From the NCBI RefSeq assembly GCF_001194135.2, contig NC_068999.1:22239981-22303980 (forward strand): 64,000 nt of DNA, read 5' to 3'. The position numbers and the translations under genes are program-made. This stretch comes from Octopus bimaculoides. Taxonomy: Eukaryota. Below, in pieces: positions 11,735-24,352 of this stretch; positions within the stretch are counted from its first letter, which is position 1, and each line of letters begins with the position of its first letter. The notes beneath the pieces were generated by a model. It worked only from the letters and a program-made list of their open reading frames with translations, was not told where the DNA came from and did not search any database.

Positions 11735-12800
11735 GGCTTGGAGGGTCTTCTTCTCAAGCACGACATAACACCAAAGGTCTTAGTCATTGCCACTGTGAAG
11801 CCCAATGCTCAAAAGGAACTCAGCTGCTTTGCCTCCATGAGGCCCAATGCTTGAAAGGTGCTCTTAACACGCCACCAGCACAGGTGCCAGTTACGTGACA
11901 CCAGCATTGGCCATGACTATGTTTTCACTTGGTTTGACAGGTCTTCTCAAGTACAACATATCAGCAAAGGTCTCAGTCACTAGTCATTGCCTCCATGAGG
12001 CTCAAAGTTCGAAGCTCATGCTTCACCTCATCCCATGTCTTCCTGGGCCTACCTCTACCACAGGTTCCCTCCACAGTTAGAGATTGGCACTTCTTTACAC
12101 AGCTGTCCTCGTCCATATGTATCACATGACCGCACCAGTGCAGTTGTCACTCTTGCACACTACATCTGATGCCCCTTATGTCTAACTTTTCTCTTGATGC
12201 TTACACTGTCGAACATGCACACTGACATTGCACATTCAGCGAAGCATACTGGCTTCATTTCTTTCAAGCCTATGCATGTCCTTGGTTGTCACAGCCCATG
12301 TTTCACTGCCATGTAGTATAGCAGTTTGCACACAGGCATCATCCAATCTGCCTTTCACTCTGAACTTTACCCAACCTAATCTTATTCTCACAGCTACACT
12401 CTTGGAGCATCCACCTCCACTACTAACTTGGTCACCTAGATAATGGAATCTATCTACTACCTCTGACTTTCCCCACTGGTAGTTGATGAAGTCTATTTTC
12501 TGCACATTTTCAGTGTTTATTGTACCTGTGCACCTTCCACATACAAAAGCTAGTTTCTCTGTTAACCTTCCTCTGATGTTGCTGCACCTTTTATGTGTCC
12601 AAAGCTTACATCGGATGCATCTTATGAAGTTTCTACCTATGCCTTTTCTACAGATTGAGCAGGGCCATCTACCTGAAGGATTTGCGATTTGTCTGCTTTC
12701 TTACTTACTAAGACTTTGGTTTTTGGTAGGTTAACTCTAAGGCCCTTTGATTTTAGACCTTGTTCCATACCTGGGACTTCTACTCTAGTTCTGGTATACA
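11735..12800 (-). mobile_element. RTE-clade LINE, 5'-truncated ORF2 C-terminus plus 3' UTR
   Basis: GLRVNLPKTK, a Cys/His finger, VDRFHYLGD, AILHGSETW, LERNEASMLR, GRPRKTWDEV; has a small internal deletion relative to the 62757 copy. Confidence 0.9.
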
Positions 12801-12848
12801 TGTGTGTATAACATAAATATATACATAATATAAATATACATGCATGTA

Positions 12849-12893
<45 letters not shown>

Positions 12894-12945
12894 GCATACA
12901 CATGCACGCACGCATACAAATGTATATGTGTACATACACATTATT
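12801..12945. repeat. (TA)n/(CA)n microsatellite
   Basis: Directly visible. Confidence 0.95.
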
Positions 12946-12969
12946 TCACAACACCTTACTACCTTAACA

Positions 12970-13650
12970 AGTACATTTATCCGGAAATAGCAATTAAATT
13001 AAAATAACTTAGATAGAAATAAGATCTCAGAAACTATTCAGGATTACTGGAAATTTCAACATTAGTGGGAATGTAGCCCAATTATATTTCCCATGCATGG
13101 AGGGCAGCTATGGCCTTAAGTCTGCATTAACATCAAACAAGACCCAGATTGTTAGACTGGAGCATCACTTTTAGGAGAGAGAAAAAAGGTTAGCAATTCT
13201 CCCACTTAAGTTTGTGAGCACAAAAATATAAAAATCAATATATCAATTGATAAACTTGAGGGGAGACATGAAATAAAAACCGACAGAGATCTCCTGCCAA
13301 GAAACATGGTAAAGTCCTACTTAGTACAATAATTGCAACACTGAGAAAGGTACACATGGATCTTGAAATGAAAAAGACCAATTGTAGAGAGAATAAACCA
13401 CACTAAAAGACTGTTATGGAGCACCAATAAGTTTGGAGCAGCTAACACTGAAGGTCACCTTTATGTAATATAGATACAAGAAATTCTTTTCCAAGAATTT
13501 AATATATAGAAAAGATAAAAATCATCAGCCGACAAGATATGTAGGCAATGCAGAGCCAAAACCAAAGTATCTCTAGATACTACCTTTCCCTGAGACATAA
13601 TATTGTAGCCAGAGCAATCTGGAACATAGTGATGAAGAGAATATCAACAA
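12970..13650 (+). mobile_element. R4/Dong-like non-LTR retrotransposon relic (RT thumb to zinc knuckle)
   Basis: KLFRITGNFNISGNVAQLYFPCMEGSYGLKS resembles the RLYLPRxxGGRGL motif; followed by DKICRQCRAK and YLSLRHNIVARAIWN (CxxC then RHN). Many stops and frameshifts. Confidence 0.7.
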
Positions 13651-13654
13651 ATAC

Positions 13655-14050
<396 letters not shown>

Positions 14051-14580
14051 ATGCAGATACAAAATCAATACAGAAATTGCCCCAATTACTAATTTAAATT
14101 AGCAGCAAGGAATATTTTTTTAAATATGAGATAAATAGTGATTGATTAACTTTACAAAAATACAAACAATTAAAAAAAAATTAATCAATCATGGCTGTGT
14201 ATCAATATGTTTCACAGGAATGCTGCAGATGAGCTGTAGAACTAAATGTTGAAATAACATTTTTGTAACATTGGCATGAAGTCATAGATTTGTAAAATTA
14301 GAGTGAAGTTGATTAAAGCAATTATAGTATAGGCTTTGGATTTATTTTATCAACCCAGACCAAATGTCAGACAAAGTGTTTCTCAACAGAATTTTTGCTT
14401 GAAATGTAAAGGCTCAGAAAGAAAATGCAAAAACCATTCAATCAGGTGCTCCAATGTTTCCACCAAGGGTAAAAGTTTAGAAGTGTAAGTAAACATTATA
14501 AATGCTGAAATTCTCTGTACTTCATAGACGAGCTTAGAATTTATAGTTTGTAAATAATTTTTCATCACTAATTCATATGA

Positions 14581-14735
14581 AGGCACAGGCTGGTAGTGTG
14601 TTTAAGAAGCCTGCTTCCAACTATGTTGTCTCAAGTTCAATCCCACTGCATAGCACCTTGGACAAGTGCTTTCTATTATTATCCCGAGCAAGCTAAATAA
14701 AACCTTGGGAATGGATTTGGTAGACAGAAACTGAA

Positions 14736-14776
<41 letters not shown>

Positions 14777-14790
14777 CGTGTATGTGCATG
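14581..14790 (+). mobile_element. SINE head A plus (TG)n
   Basis: Degenerate head A ending GATTTGGTAGACAGAAACTGAAAG. Confidence 0.75.
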
Positions 14791-14804
14791 TGCATGCATG
14801 CATG

Positions 14805-15040
14805 TACATCCTTATCCTGATATCATGTGACGGCTATGAACAAGCACACCATCACACAAGCCATGTTGTTTGATTGCAGTCTTCTGTGGAAAAACATGTT
14901 TGGCCATGGGAAGTATCACCTTGCTTGGAAACAGGTGAGGGTTGGTGACAGGAATGGCATCCAGCCATAGAAAAACCTGCCTCAACAAAATTCCATCTGA
15001 CCCATGGAAGTATGGAAAAGTGAATGTTAAATGATGATGG
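14805..15040 (+). mobile_element. Retroposon family E (LINE-tail-like, ends in (GAT)n)
   Basis: CTTGCTTGGAAACAGGTGAGGGTTGGTGACAGGAATGGCATCCAGCC..TTAAATGATGATG; other copies at 26540, 33400, 41125, 45130 and 59158. Confidence 0.75.
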
Positions 15041-15347
15041 TGGTTCTTACGCATGCCAATAAACTATATAATCACACACACACACACACAGACACACACA
15101 CACACACATATTAGAGCATTTTCTTCTATTTTGAAATAAGCTAGGGCTGAAACATACAGAATTTATAAATTTTGCGACACTATTCTTTGGAAATTATTTC
15201 AAATTTTTAAGAATAAGAGAGGAAGGGAAAAGGGAGCTGGTAGTTAATGATACTTAAACTTTTCATGCATTAATACACTGTTTAATTGCAAAAATATAAA
15301 AACTTGAGAGAAACATGGCTAGAAAACAATTTGCTAATATTACATAC

Positions 15348-15400
15348 TCTTTTACTTGTTTCAGTCATTTGACTGTGGCCATGCTGGAGCACCGCCTTTA
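15348..15400 (-). mobile_element. SINE tail B fragment
   Basis: CTTTTACTTGTTTCAGTCATTTGACTGTGGCCATGCTGGAGCACCGCCTTTA. Confidence 0.85.
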
Positions 15401-15416
15401 AAAAAGCAAAGACTAT

Positions 15417-15487
15417 TGGCAGCTGTGGGATACAAACCCACGCCTCCAAACCCGTCTGGGTGCCTTAAACCGCTTGGCCACGATACC
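15417..15487 (-). pseudogene. tRNA-Leu-derived pseudogene lacking the anticodon loop
   Basis: Reverse complement GGTATCGTGGCCAAGCGGTTTAAGGCACCCAGACGGGTTTGGAGGCGTGGGTTTGTATCCCACAGCTGCCA aligns to canonical tRNA-Leu(AAG/TAG) with an ~11-12 nt deletion; T6 terminator follows. Confidence 0.8.
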
Positions 15488-15999
15488 AGCTAGAGAAAAA
15501 TTAAAGAATACCTACATCACTTTTAGCAAACTATAAGCAAATATGGAAAGATAAATTTCCTTTTGTAGAATTACAATGCACTATAGAACATTGCACTCAA
15601 ACAAACTCGGCTATGAATAAGTATGCTGGCTTGTTGCAGCAACATACAATGATAAAGTGGGTTAGTTTATAAAGTAATTATAGGCTGATATTAGTTGATA
15701 TAAACCAAGCATGTCTACTTGTGAATGCATTACAATACAATCATACAGAAACATGAGAGGGCACTTAAAAACATGTCTCAACTACTTTATTTATTGGAAA
15801 AGTGATACTATGAGGTAGTAGGAAACCAATACATCTTTCATTTTTAAGATGCAATGTAAGAGACAATGTATTGCTTTTATTAAAGCTTTATTATTTAGTG
15901 AGTCAAAAAAAGAAATTTATAGTCTTAATGAAACATACCTCAATCAGTGCAATGTGGATTTTTGGTAGTAATATAAATATCTCCTAAGCATTAAAGGTG

Positions 16000-16230
16000 T
16001 TGTGCGGAAGTACTTGAGAATCAGTTTACAGCTCCAGTTTCATGGTATGAAGCTGCTGAGAATTAAATCCCTCCTGGATAAGATGTTTGTCTATTAGAAG
16101 CAATATTCCCAGATGGTTTAATACTGGATAGTTACATACATCGAAGCAATGTAGAATGAAACATACTGATCAAAAACTCATTAAGAAGTGGTAGATTTCA
16201 ATTCACAATACTGTATTTCAGTTATTTTGC
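16000..16230 (-). mobile_element. Old degenerate SINE (family F-like)
   Basis: GAAGCAATGTAGAATGAAACATACTGATCAAAAAC resembles the GGAGCAA.GTGAAATAAAGT..GCTCAAGA motif of the F copies. Confidence 0.4.
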
Positions 16231-16276
16231 TTCAACCACTTTCAATTGTAGAGTTTTTAGGAACAGAATGTGGCAA

Positions 16277-17130
16277 CATCATCATCATTTAGCATTCATC
16301 TTCCATGCTGGTGTGGTTGGACAGTTTGACAGGATCCAGTAAGCTGGATGACCACATTGAGCTCCAATGGCTGGTTTTGGTAAGGGGGGAGGTCACAGCT
16401 GGCTGCCCTCCCTAAACCCAACCACTCCACGGAGTGTACTTTTTTCTGTGGCACCAGAACAACTGAAGGTTGCCATGTAACTTAAAATAAGAAGCCTCCT
16501 GGAAAGAGGTGATATAATATCAGGTGTTGAGAGGCTAAAGTATGATAGAGAAACAGGCACATGCTATAGAAGAGATACATGGCTACCTGCATTAGGAGTG
16601 GATGGGAGTAGCTGGAAAGAAGATAGAGATAGTGGATCAGGCATACTGTCAGGATACGAGAGTGTGTGTATAAGAGGATACAAGGCGGTGAGCTGGCAGA
16701 AACGTTAGCATACCGGGCGAAATGCTTATTGGTATTTCGTCTGCCGTTATGTTCTGAGTTCAAATTCCGCCGAGGTCGACTTTGCCTTTCATCCTTTCGG
16801 GGTCGATTAAATAAGTACCAGTTATGCAGTGAGGTCGATATACTCGACTTAATCTGTTTGTCAGTCCTTGTTTGTCCCTTCTGTGTTTAGCCCCTTGTGG
16901 GCAGTAAAGAAATAAGAGGATACAGACTGACAATGTGAAGGTATAGATGGATAAATTTGGAGTGTAAGAAGAGAGTGACAAGTGGTTGTGGATGGGCATG
17001 GAAGTGAATGTAGCTGATGGTAAATATCAGTATAAAGAACAAGGTAAAAGAAATAGCTCTAGAGGGAAGAGGTGATAAGAAGTGGGAGGAGAGCAGCAGT
17101 ATAAGCTGTAGATAAATCAGAAAATTGGGA
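16277..17130 (-). mobile_element. RTE-like 3' UTR/tail relic, interrupted by a SINE C copy
   Basis: Starts CATCATCATCATTTAGCATTCATCTTCCATGCTGG (reverse complement of the (GAT)n tail); purine-rich body. Confidence 0.55.
16682..16911 (+). mobile_element. Full-length young SINE family C with a 12-bp target-site duplication
   Basis: TSD ATAAGAGGATAC at 16670-16681 and 16912-16923. CpG-rich; tRNA-like head and central GGTCGACTTTGCCTTTCATCCTTTCGGGGTCG block (resembles the MetaSINE domain as recalled, unverified). Confidence 0.9.
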
Positions 17131-20100
17131 AGGAGAGGGAGAGGAGGAGGAGGACAAAGTGAACTAGTTGCTGATCGAGACTACCTTACCAAAATTAATT
17201 TCACTTATTTTAACTCTAATTACCATTTCTTAAGTTGGAATGATATTCAGATGTTTACCCCATTTTTGTTTCTTTCATCAGGTTTCAATGTCCTTTCCAT
17301 GTCATTACCTTACTTGCTAACCATAAATTCTTATCTCATACAAATCAGTTTATGATTTAAATTTCATTGATACTGAGATGTGTAATGTTAGTTGAGACAG
17401 TAAAATGCTGGACAACTTGGAAACAGTATAAGTACCAACAATGAAAGTAGTGTTCTATCTTATGAGTTGATAAACTATATAACAATAATATACTGTTTAA
17501 ATTCAATCAGCTATACCCTATCCTAGAAAAATTTACCTTGTCAAAAAGAAATCAATAAGAACAATTTTCTCTTTGAATAACAGATTAGTGTCAAGTTAAA
17601 TATTTATTTATGTTTGCTAGTGTCTAACCTTTTGTAAAATTTCCATTTGATAGAAATAAATCCTGTATAAATGAAGTCAATTGTATTTTAAGTTAAAATA
17701 AAATAATCAATATTGTTGTTTCAATTTAGGCAGATAATAATCAATAAAAGCTTTTTCATTATGACATAATATATAATGAATTGTGATAGTTAATTTAAAA
17801 TATCTATCGGGTGGTTGTATAGTGATGTGTTGGATTTTAATTAACTTGACATGAATATTTTAAATATATTTTTAAAAGATTTAGTAGTTATATATGGTAA
17901 TTAATATTGTGTTATGACATATCCATTTCAGTTTGCTAGCTAGGATTTCTAACAAATCAAGTACATAAACAACTACTTTGTAATAAATCATCCTGTTTAG
18001 CTTAGTCATAAATTTTAGTGAATTTTCTAGGGTATCTAATATACAAGTAAAACCATTTAGATACCAGTTACTTGTTACAGAAGTGAACCAATAAGTTTTC
18101 TAAAAAAATGCTCGGTTTAGTCCTAATTAGGCTTGATAATGCCTAGACTTGACTTAATTGGCCACTCTTATTACCAACTTAATTCATATGCAGGTTGGGT
18201 TAATTTAGACAGTTTCATAAGGTTACTATACTCTGGGATTTTCCAGAACTAAGGACTGTTATAGTAATTATATCATTACAGTTTTTAATAGTCAACATCA
18301 GTTTCTGATCAACAGCTAGAAACTAAATTAGTGATGAGTATATGCGGAAAAACACAAATCACTTGTCTTTTATAACTAGAGAAGGTTTTTATCATTTATA
18401 ATTCTTAGCCACTTATAATTTGACATTTAGACAGGTGCAAAATTTGGTTACATAAAAGTAGTACTGTTAGGATTCAAATTTCTAAATCATGTACCAGGAA
18501 TGATGTTTCCAATTACAATTCTCAATAATAAAAGACTATTATATTGTCATTTCCAGTAAATATTCAACAATATAATATGGACAACAAATATGCTGGCATT
18601 AATAACACATAATACTCCAAGATTTGAGCTAGGAGAAAGACAGATACAACCTATTCACAAACACTAAGTAAATGGATATAGAAAAAAATGTTTACTATTC
18701 ATGTCCACCATGTTGAAACATTAAATAATATTAGAACTTATATTTAAAAGGAAGCAAATTTATCAGTTTATAATCTGCTTTACTAATCTTCACAGAATCA
18801 TTTTTTCAGTTTACTACTTAGCAACACAACAGCTTTAAAGTAGTAACTATTGAGAAACTTAATGCTGAGTTGGTCTAGCTGATAATATTGTACTATGGCT
18901 AGCCACAAAATACTTCTGTTGCTAGCAAAAATACAATATTGTACATTAAATGCCGATAACTAGAATGAACAAGCAGAAGCAGAAAAAATAATGCCAATCT
19001 CAGAAAACTAACAGACACATATGGTTTATTGGTTGCCATTTTGATGTTATACTTGATACTATATCAGAAATGATGATGATATTAAACAGAGACACACACA
19101 TACATGAAAGTAGTAAAATAATACTTTTATTGACTACTAAACTGACATTGACATGTTAACATTTTCTCTGATAATCCTATTTAAGATCTATGGTACTAGG
19201 GAGCAGGATCCTTAATATCAGTCCTGAGGAATTATAAAGCAATCAAAATTAATATCAATACAATTATTACAATTATTTTCAGTTTATTTATGATAAATTT
19301 TTTTTAATCTATTTGATATTTGCGATTGTTATAGATTTATCGCTAAAATGCTTGTGCATAACTGGAGATTTATGTCACTTGAAGTATGAGGCTTTGTGCT
19401 GATGAGTACATGTGTAAAGTAAAAACATACAATCATTTTTAACTAGCTTGAAGGAAGCAAAAAGATAGATATGCCTAAATTATGTTATATCAAGGGCAAA
19501 GTTTGAACTCATTGTCTTCAATAATATCAGAACGATGACTTTAAATAGTCATCCATCATACAAATTTAAAAAGTGTTGAAGTAACCAGTTTCCAGTACAA
19601 AAGTTATTCTTCCAATCTTCTACATAACTGGAATTCAATAGTGTAAAAAAATAATCACAATTTGCTCAAGCCTTGCTGCAAGTTATGATCAAAGGTAACA
19701 AGAATACGGAATTTCAAATGAAGGGTATAGACAAAATGGTTAACAGAATATGATATTTACTGAACTATCAGTTTAAGAACATGAATTCATTTCTAGTGTG
19801 TTCCCTTGTGTCTCCAAACAGAACACTTAATTTGATGCTTGAAATCTATCTTTTATCTAACCAATGTTTTTAAACTAGAGTTAAGTGCCAGCCCTTATAA
19901 AACATTTGAAGAATTAGCGACAGACATTTAAAAAAATATATTTTAGGATAGTGAAATAACCCAGTAATTATTTAAATCCCTATTAAGCTCAATTATATGG
20001 AACCTTTATTTCCCATCTAATTGATTATATTTAAAAGGCATTAACCAATAAGTGCTCTTGAAGATGTGAAAATTTTCAACAAGATACAGAATGTAAATTT

Positions 20101-22625
20101 TTCATGTAATAAATGGTGCCTATACATCATAAATCTAAACACTGTTGCTTTATGAGACTGAAGAGACTACTTCAAAAATGTAAATTGATGTTTTGGTACT
20201 TCAGAAAAGAGGCAGTCAGTACTTCATGAAACATCTAAATAAGATGTTTCACATCTTATTCAAATGTTAATTGGTAGATCATTGCTATAAGATATTAAGT
20301 GTCAGGCACTACATTTATAAATTTAAATTCCCACAGAACTATGCTTTACAATCATACAAAAAGGATAATAAAGATGAGAGAAATGCAACACATTTCTTTC
20401 TATTTGCTTATATTTTCATTTGAACAAAGAGCTCTGCCCAAACAATTGCTTTAGCTTCATCTTATAGTAAACCACTATAAATTTCTTTTGGTTTTATTAC
20501 CAATCAGATTTATACAGATGAAAACTATCCTTCATTAGTAATACAGGCCAGTCTATATAAAACCACTCTTATTTTATGCTTGAATGCTTAGCACAGAATT
20601 TGGCTTTTCAGCAATAAAATACTGTTTCAATACAACATGCAAATATCTAAACCTATAGAACCATCTAAACCTAAATAAATAAAATACTAAATATCTAACT
20701 AGCCTTTTGTTTTATTATGGATCATGCTCTTACTAAATAACTGTTGGAATTTCATGACTCTGCTTGCCTTAATTTACATATTAAAAGCAGATTCAATTTC
20801 TGCTAATTATAGGAATAGTTAAAGTATATATGGGCATCCAGCTGTAAAAAACATGCATCCAAATAAAAACCACTTTGTTCAAACCAGAAATGCAAAACAA
20901 CAAAAACAAAAAAAAGGAACTGTGTTCGAGGCAAGGTTAATAGAAATTGCTCTATCAGTAGTGTGCCAAACTAAATATAATCACATTTAGATTTGTTCAT
21001 TCGTTTACATATTTACACCTTGCTCAACTTATGTTTGCTTTTAACTCCATTACACAGGTTAATTAAATTAAATTTTAGCAATATAATGATGATGGTGATT
21101 CTGTTGACAATACTTCCTGTTTTACAAAAACTGACCTTGTATTTACTAGAAGAAAAAAAAAGATCAATATGCTTAGAGTTTAAAATGTTAAAGCCTTCAT
21201 TGTATTGAAAGTAAATCTCTTCCAGATAATCATGATGAAACAAGAAAAATACCCTTAAATGAGGGGACTCTCTTTGATTGAATATTACATGTGAGAAGTA
21301 GTTTTATTAGGAAATTAAATTATATAAATAAATGAAATTTATGACCAAGACGGTTTAGAAAAACCAATTTAATGTCTCAAATGGAAGGTTTTTAATTATA
21401 ACTACCTCTATAATTATTATATTTTTAATAGAATGGATAACTATACTGTTCTCTTTTGAATCGTTCAAAGTTGCTTTGGCATATAATGTCATCAAATAGA
21501 TTGCATCTATAATAAAACAGACCAGAGATCTATCTACTGTTTTTGATAAGAAGAAAAGTAGCTTAATGACAGCTTCAGAACTTAGAATGTCTACAAAAAG
21601 AAAAACATGTAGGTAAAACATGTTTAATAAAAAGATTAGTGTCTCTTCAATCTTTCTCTTTCTAAAGGACACACAAAAATCTGATATCTAAAAAATACTA
21701 AAATATACAGCTAACCATTTGATAGGTGAGAACTCTTCACCAACATATTACAACTACTAGTACACAAAAACATTTTATTTCCTTTCTATCACTATTACAA
21801 TGGATTGCATTGTTGTAAACTGCACACCACTCCTTCACATGCTCAACTAATGCACATATTTGACAATATATTATTTTTAAAGAGTGGGAGGTTAGTTACA
21901 TTTTTAGAAAGCTTTCAACTCAAATATTTTAATTCAGAATGACTCCTAGGTGAAGGCATGTTTATTCAATAACTACTGAATCAGCACTTTAGAAAAGATT
22001 GCCTTTATTGTTAAACTCTAAACTCATATTAAAAAAAAAAAATTAGAAACAATATATAACTAAACCTACCAGTAATATATAAAGTGGGTAAAAGAAAGGG
22101 AGAGAAAGAAACATAATGAAGAGGTAAATATTTGTGCTGGGGGGATTCTGGTCTTAGATATGAGTACACAACTTCTAATAATGTCAGAGATTTTAAATGT
22201 TTAAGCAATAGAGAAATATTTCTGTTATTGTTGTATTTCAAGATGGTCTGGTCATTTTCTTTTCTTTTCTTTTTTTGCCAAATAAACACACGCACTATTT
22301 TTTCTTCACTTGTTTATTACTGTTCTTATTTTGTTATTTTAATTCATGTCCATTGTCCAGAAATCTTTTGTTCCACCTGACTTTTCAGTGACACTTTTTG
22401 TTTTCGTGTGTCTTCCTGCTCCACTTACTCCATTCTGTTCTTCTAAGATATATATTCTCTGGTTAGTTGTAGTTTTTCTACCTTGTTAATGACCATCCTG
22501 GAGTAAGTCCTGGAGGAGACACATAGTTTTACGAAGTGAAGTTGTTGCATTGTGATGATCTTAAGACAACAGAATATAGTGTTTTTCAATGTCTTGCTAG
22601 CCTGGCTAAGGCTTACGTCATTACG

Positions 22626-22942
22626 TTTGTCAATTTGTGTTGCAAGATTCATGATGTGAAATTGTGTGTTGAAACAGATATTGTTGTATTTCAGGATGGT
22701 CTTTTTTCTTCTTTATTTTTTGCCAAATAAACACACACAAACTATATATTTTTTCTTCACTCATTTATTAATGCTCTTATTTTATTATTTTAACGCATGT
22801 CCATTGTCCGGAAATCTTTTGTCACACATCTGTGACCTCTTCAGTGACACTTATCGTTTTTGTGTGTGTTCTTGCTCCACCTACACCATTCTGTTTCAAC
22901 ACACGATTTCACATCAGGCATCTTGCAACACAAATTGGTAAA
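22626..22942. mobile_element. MITE with 53-bp terminal inverted repeats
   Basis: Arms 22626-22678 and 22890-22942 match at 48/53 positions; the interior is duplicated at 22226-22440. Confidence 0.8.
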
Positions 22943-23131
22943 TATTTCTTCCTTTGGATGAAACACTAATTTAATGCACTTGTTGGTCATGGAAGGATAG
23001 GAAGGATTCAAACAGCATGTTAATGACACACTAGTGACATTTACTATTATGTTTTGTGCCTCCCACCTCTATTTATTGTATAATTTTCTAGACTGGACAA
23101 GTGTGAGTTACGTGTTTGTTCATGGATAGGC

Positions 23132-23290
23132 GAAGGAGTAGCTGTGTGGTAAGTAGCTTGTTTACCAACCACATAGTTCTGGGTTCAGTCCCACTGCATG
23201 GTACCTTGGGCAAGTGTCTTCTACTATAGCCTCGGGCTGACCAAAGCCTTATGAGTGGATTTGGTAGATGGAAATTGAAAGAAGCCTGTC

Positions 23291-23338
<48 letters not shown>
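23132..23338 (+). mobile_element. SINE head A plus (TG)n running into a 739-N gap
   Basis: GGAGTAGCTGTGTGGTAAG..GAAATTGAAAGAAGCC. Confidence 0.85.
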
Positions 23339-24077
23339 NNNNNNNNNNNNNNNNNNNNNNNNNNNNNNNNNNNNNNNNNNNNNNNNNNNNNNNNNNNNNN
23401 NNNNNNNNNNNNNNNNNNNNNNNNNNNNNNNNNNNNNNNNNNNNNNNNNNNNNNNNNNNNNNNNNNNNNNNNNNNNNNNNNNNNNNNNNNNNNNNNNNNN
23501 NNNNNNNNNNNNNNNNNNNNNNNNNNNNNNNNNNNNNNNNNNNNNNNNNNNNNNNNNNNNNNNNNNNNNNNNNNNNNNNNNNNNNNNNNNNNNNNNNNNN
23601 NNNNNNNNNNNNNNNNNNNNNNNNNNNNNNNNNNNNNNNNNNNNNNNNNNNNNNNNNNNNNNNNNNNNNNNNNNNNNNNNNNNNNNNNNNNNNNNNNNNN
23701 NNNNNNNNNNNNNNNNNNNNNNNNNNNNNNNNNNNNNNNNNNNNNNNNNNNNNNNNNNNNNNNNNNNNNNNNNNNNNNNNNNNNNNNNNNNNNNNNNNNN
23801 NNNNNNNNNNNNNNNNNNNNNNNNNNNNNNNNNNNNNNNNNNNNNNNNNNNNNNNNNNNNNNNNNNNNNNNNNNNNNNNNNNNNNNNNNNNNNNNNNNNN
23901 NNNNNNNNNNNNNNNNNNNNNNNNNNNNNNNNNNNNNNNNNNNNNNNNNNNNNNNNNNNNNNNNNNNNNNNNNNNNNNNNNNNNNNNNNNNNNNNNNNNN
24001 NNNNNNNNNNNNNNNNNNNNNNNNNNNNNNNNNNNNNNNNNNNNNNNNNNNNNNNNNNNNNNNNNNNNNNNNNNNNN

Positions 24078-24352
24078 GGTGAGGCCCAATGTACGAAGGT
24101 CTTGCCTCACCACCTCAGCCCAGGTTTTCCTGGGCCTACCTCTTCCACGGGTTCCCTCAACTGTTAGGGTGTGGCACTTTTTCACGCAGCTATCCTCCTC
24201 CATTCTCACCACATGTCCATACCAGCGCAATCGTCTCTCTTGCACGCCACAACTGATGCTTCTAATGTTCAGCTTTTCTCTCAAGATACTTACACTCTGA
24301 CGGGTATTCACATTGACATTACACATCCAACGGAGCATACTGGCTTCATTCC
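24078..24352 (-). mobile_element. RTE LINE ORF2 C-terminal fragment
   Basis: MLRWMCNV..VQERRLRWYGHVVRM..GRGRPRKTWAEVV. Confidence 0.9.

Noticed and set aside
21355-21672. 105-aa minus-strand ORF with a strong acceptor at 21591-21592
   Set aside because: No similarity to SH3 or the kinase N-terminus, AT-rich low-complexity composition and no convincing donor.
23251-24338. Longest ORFs in the track (259-349 aa); also those at 44666-45142 and 6930-7256
   Set aside because: They are artefacts of N gaps and dinucleotide repeats; only the RTE part of 23289-24338 is real, and it is TE-derived.
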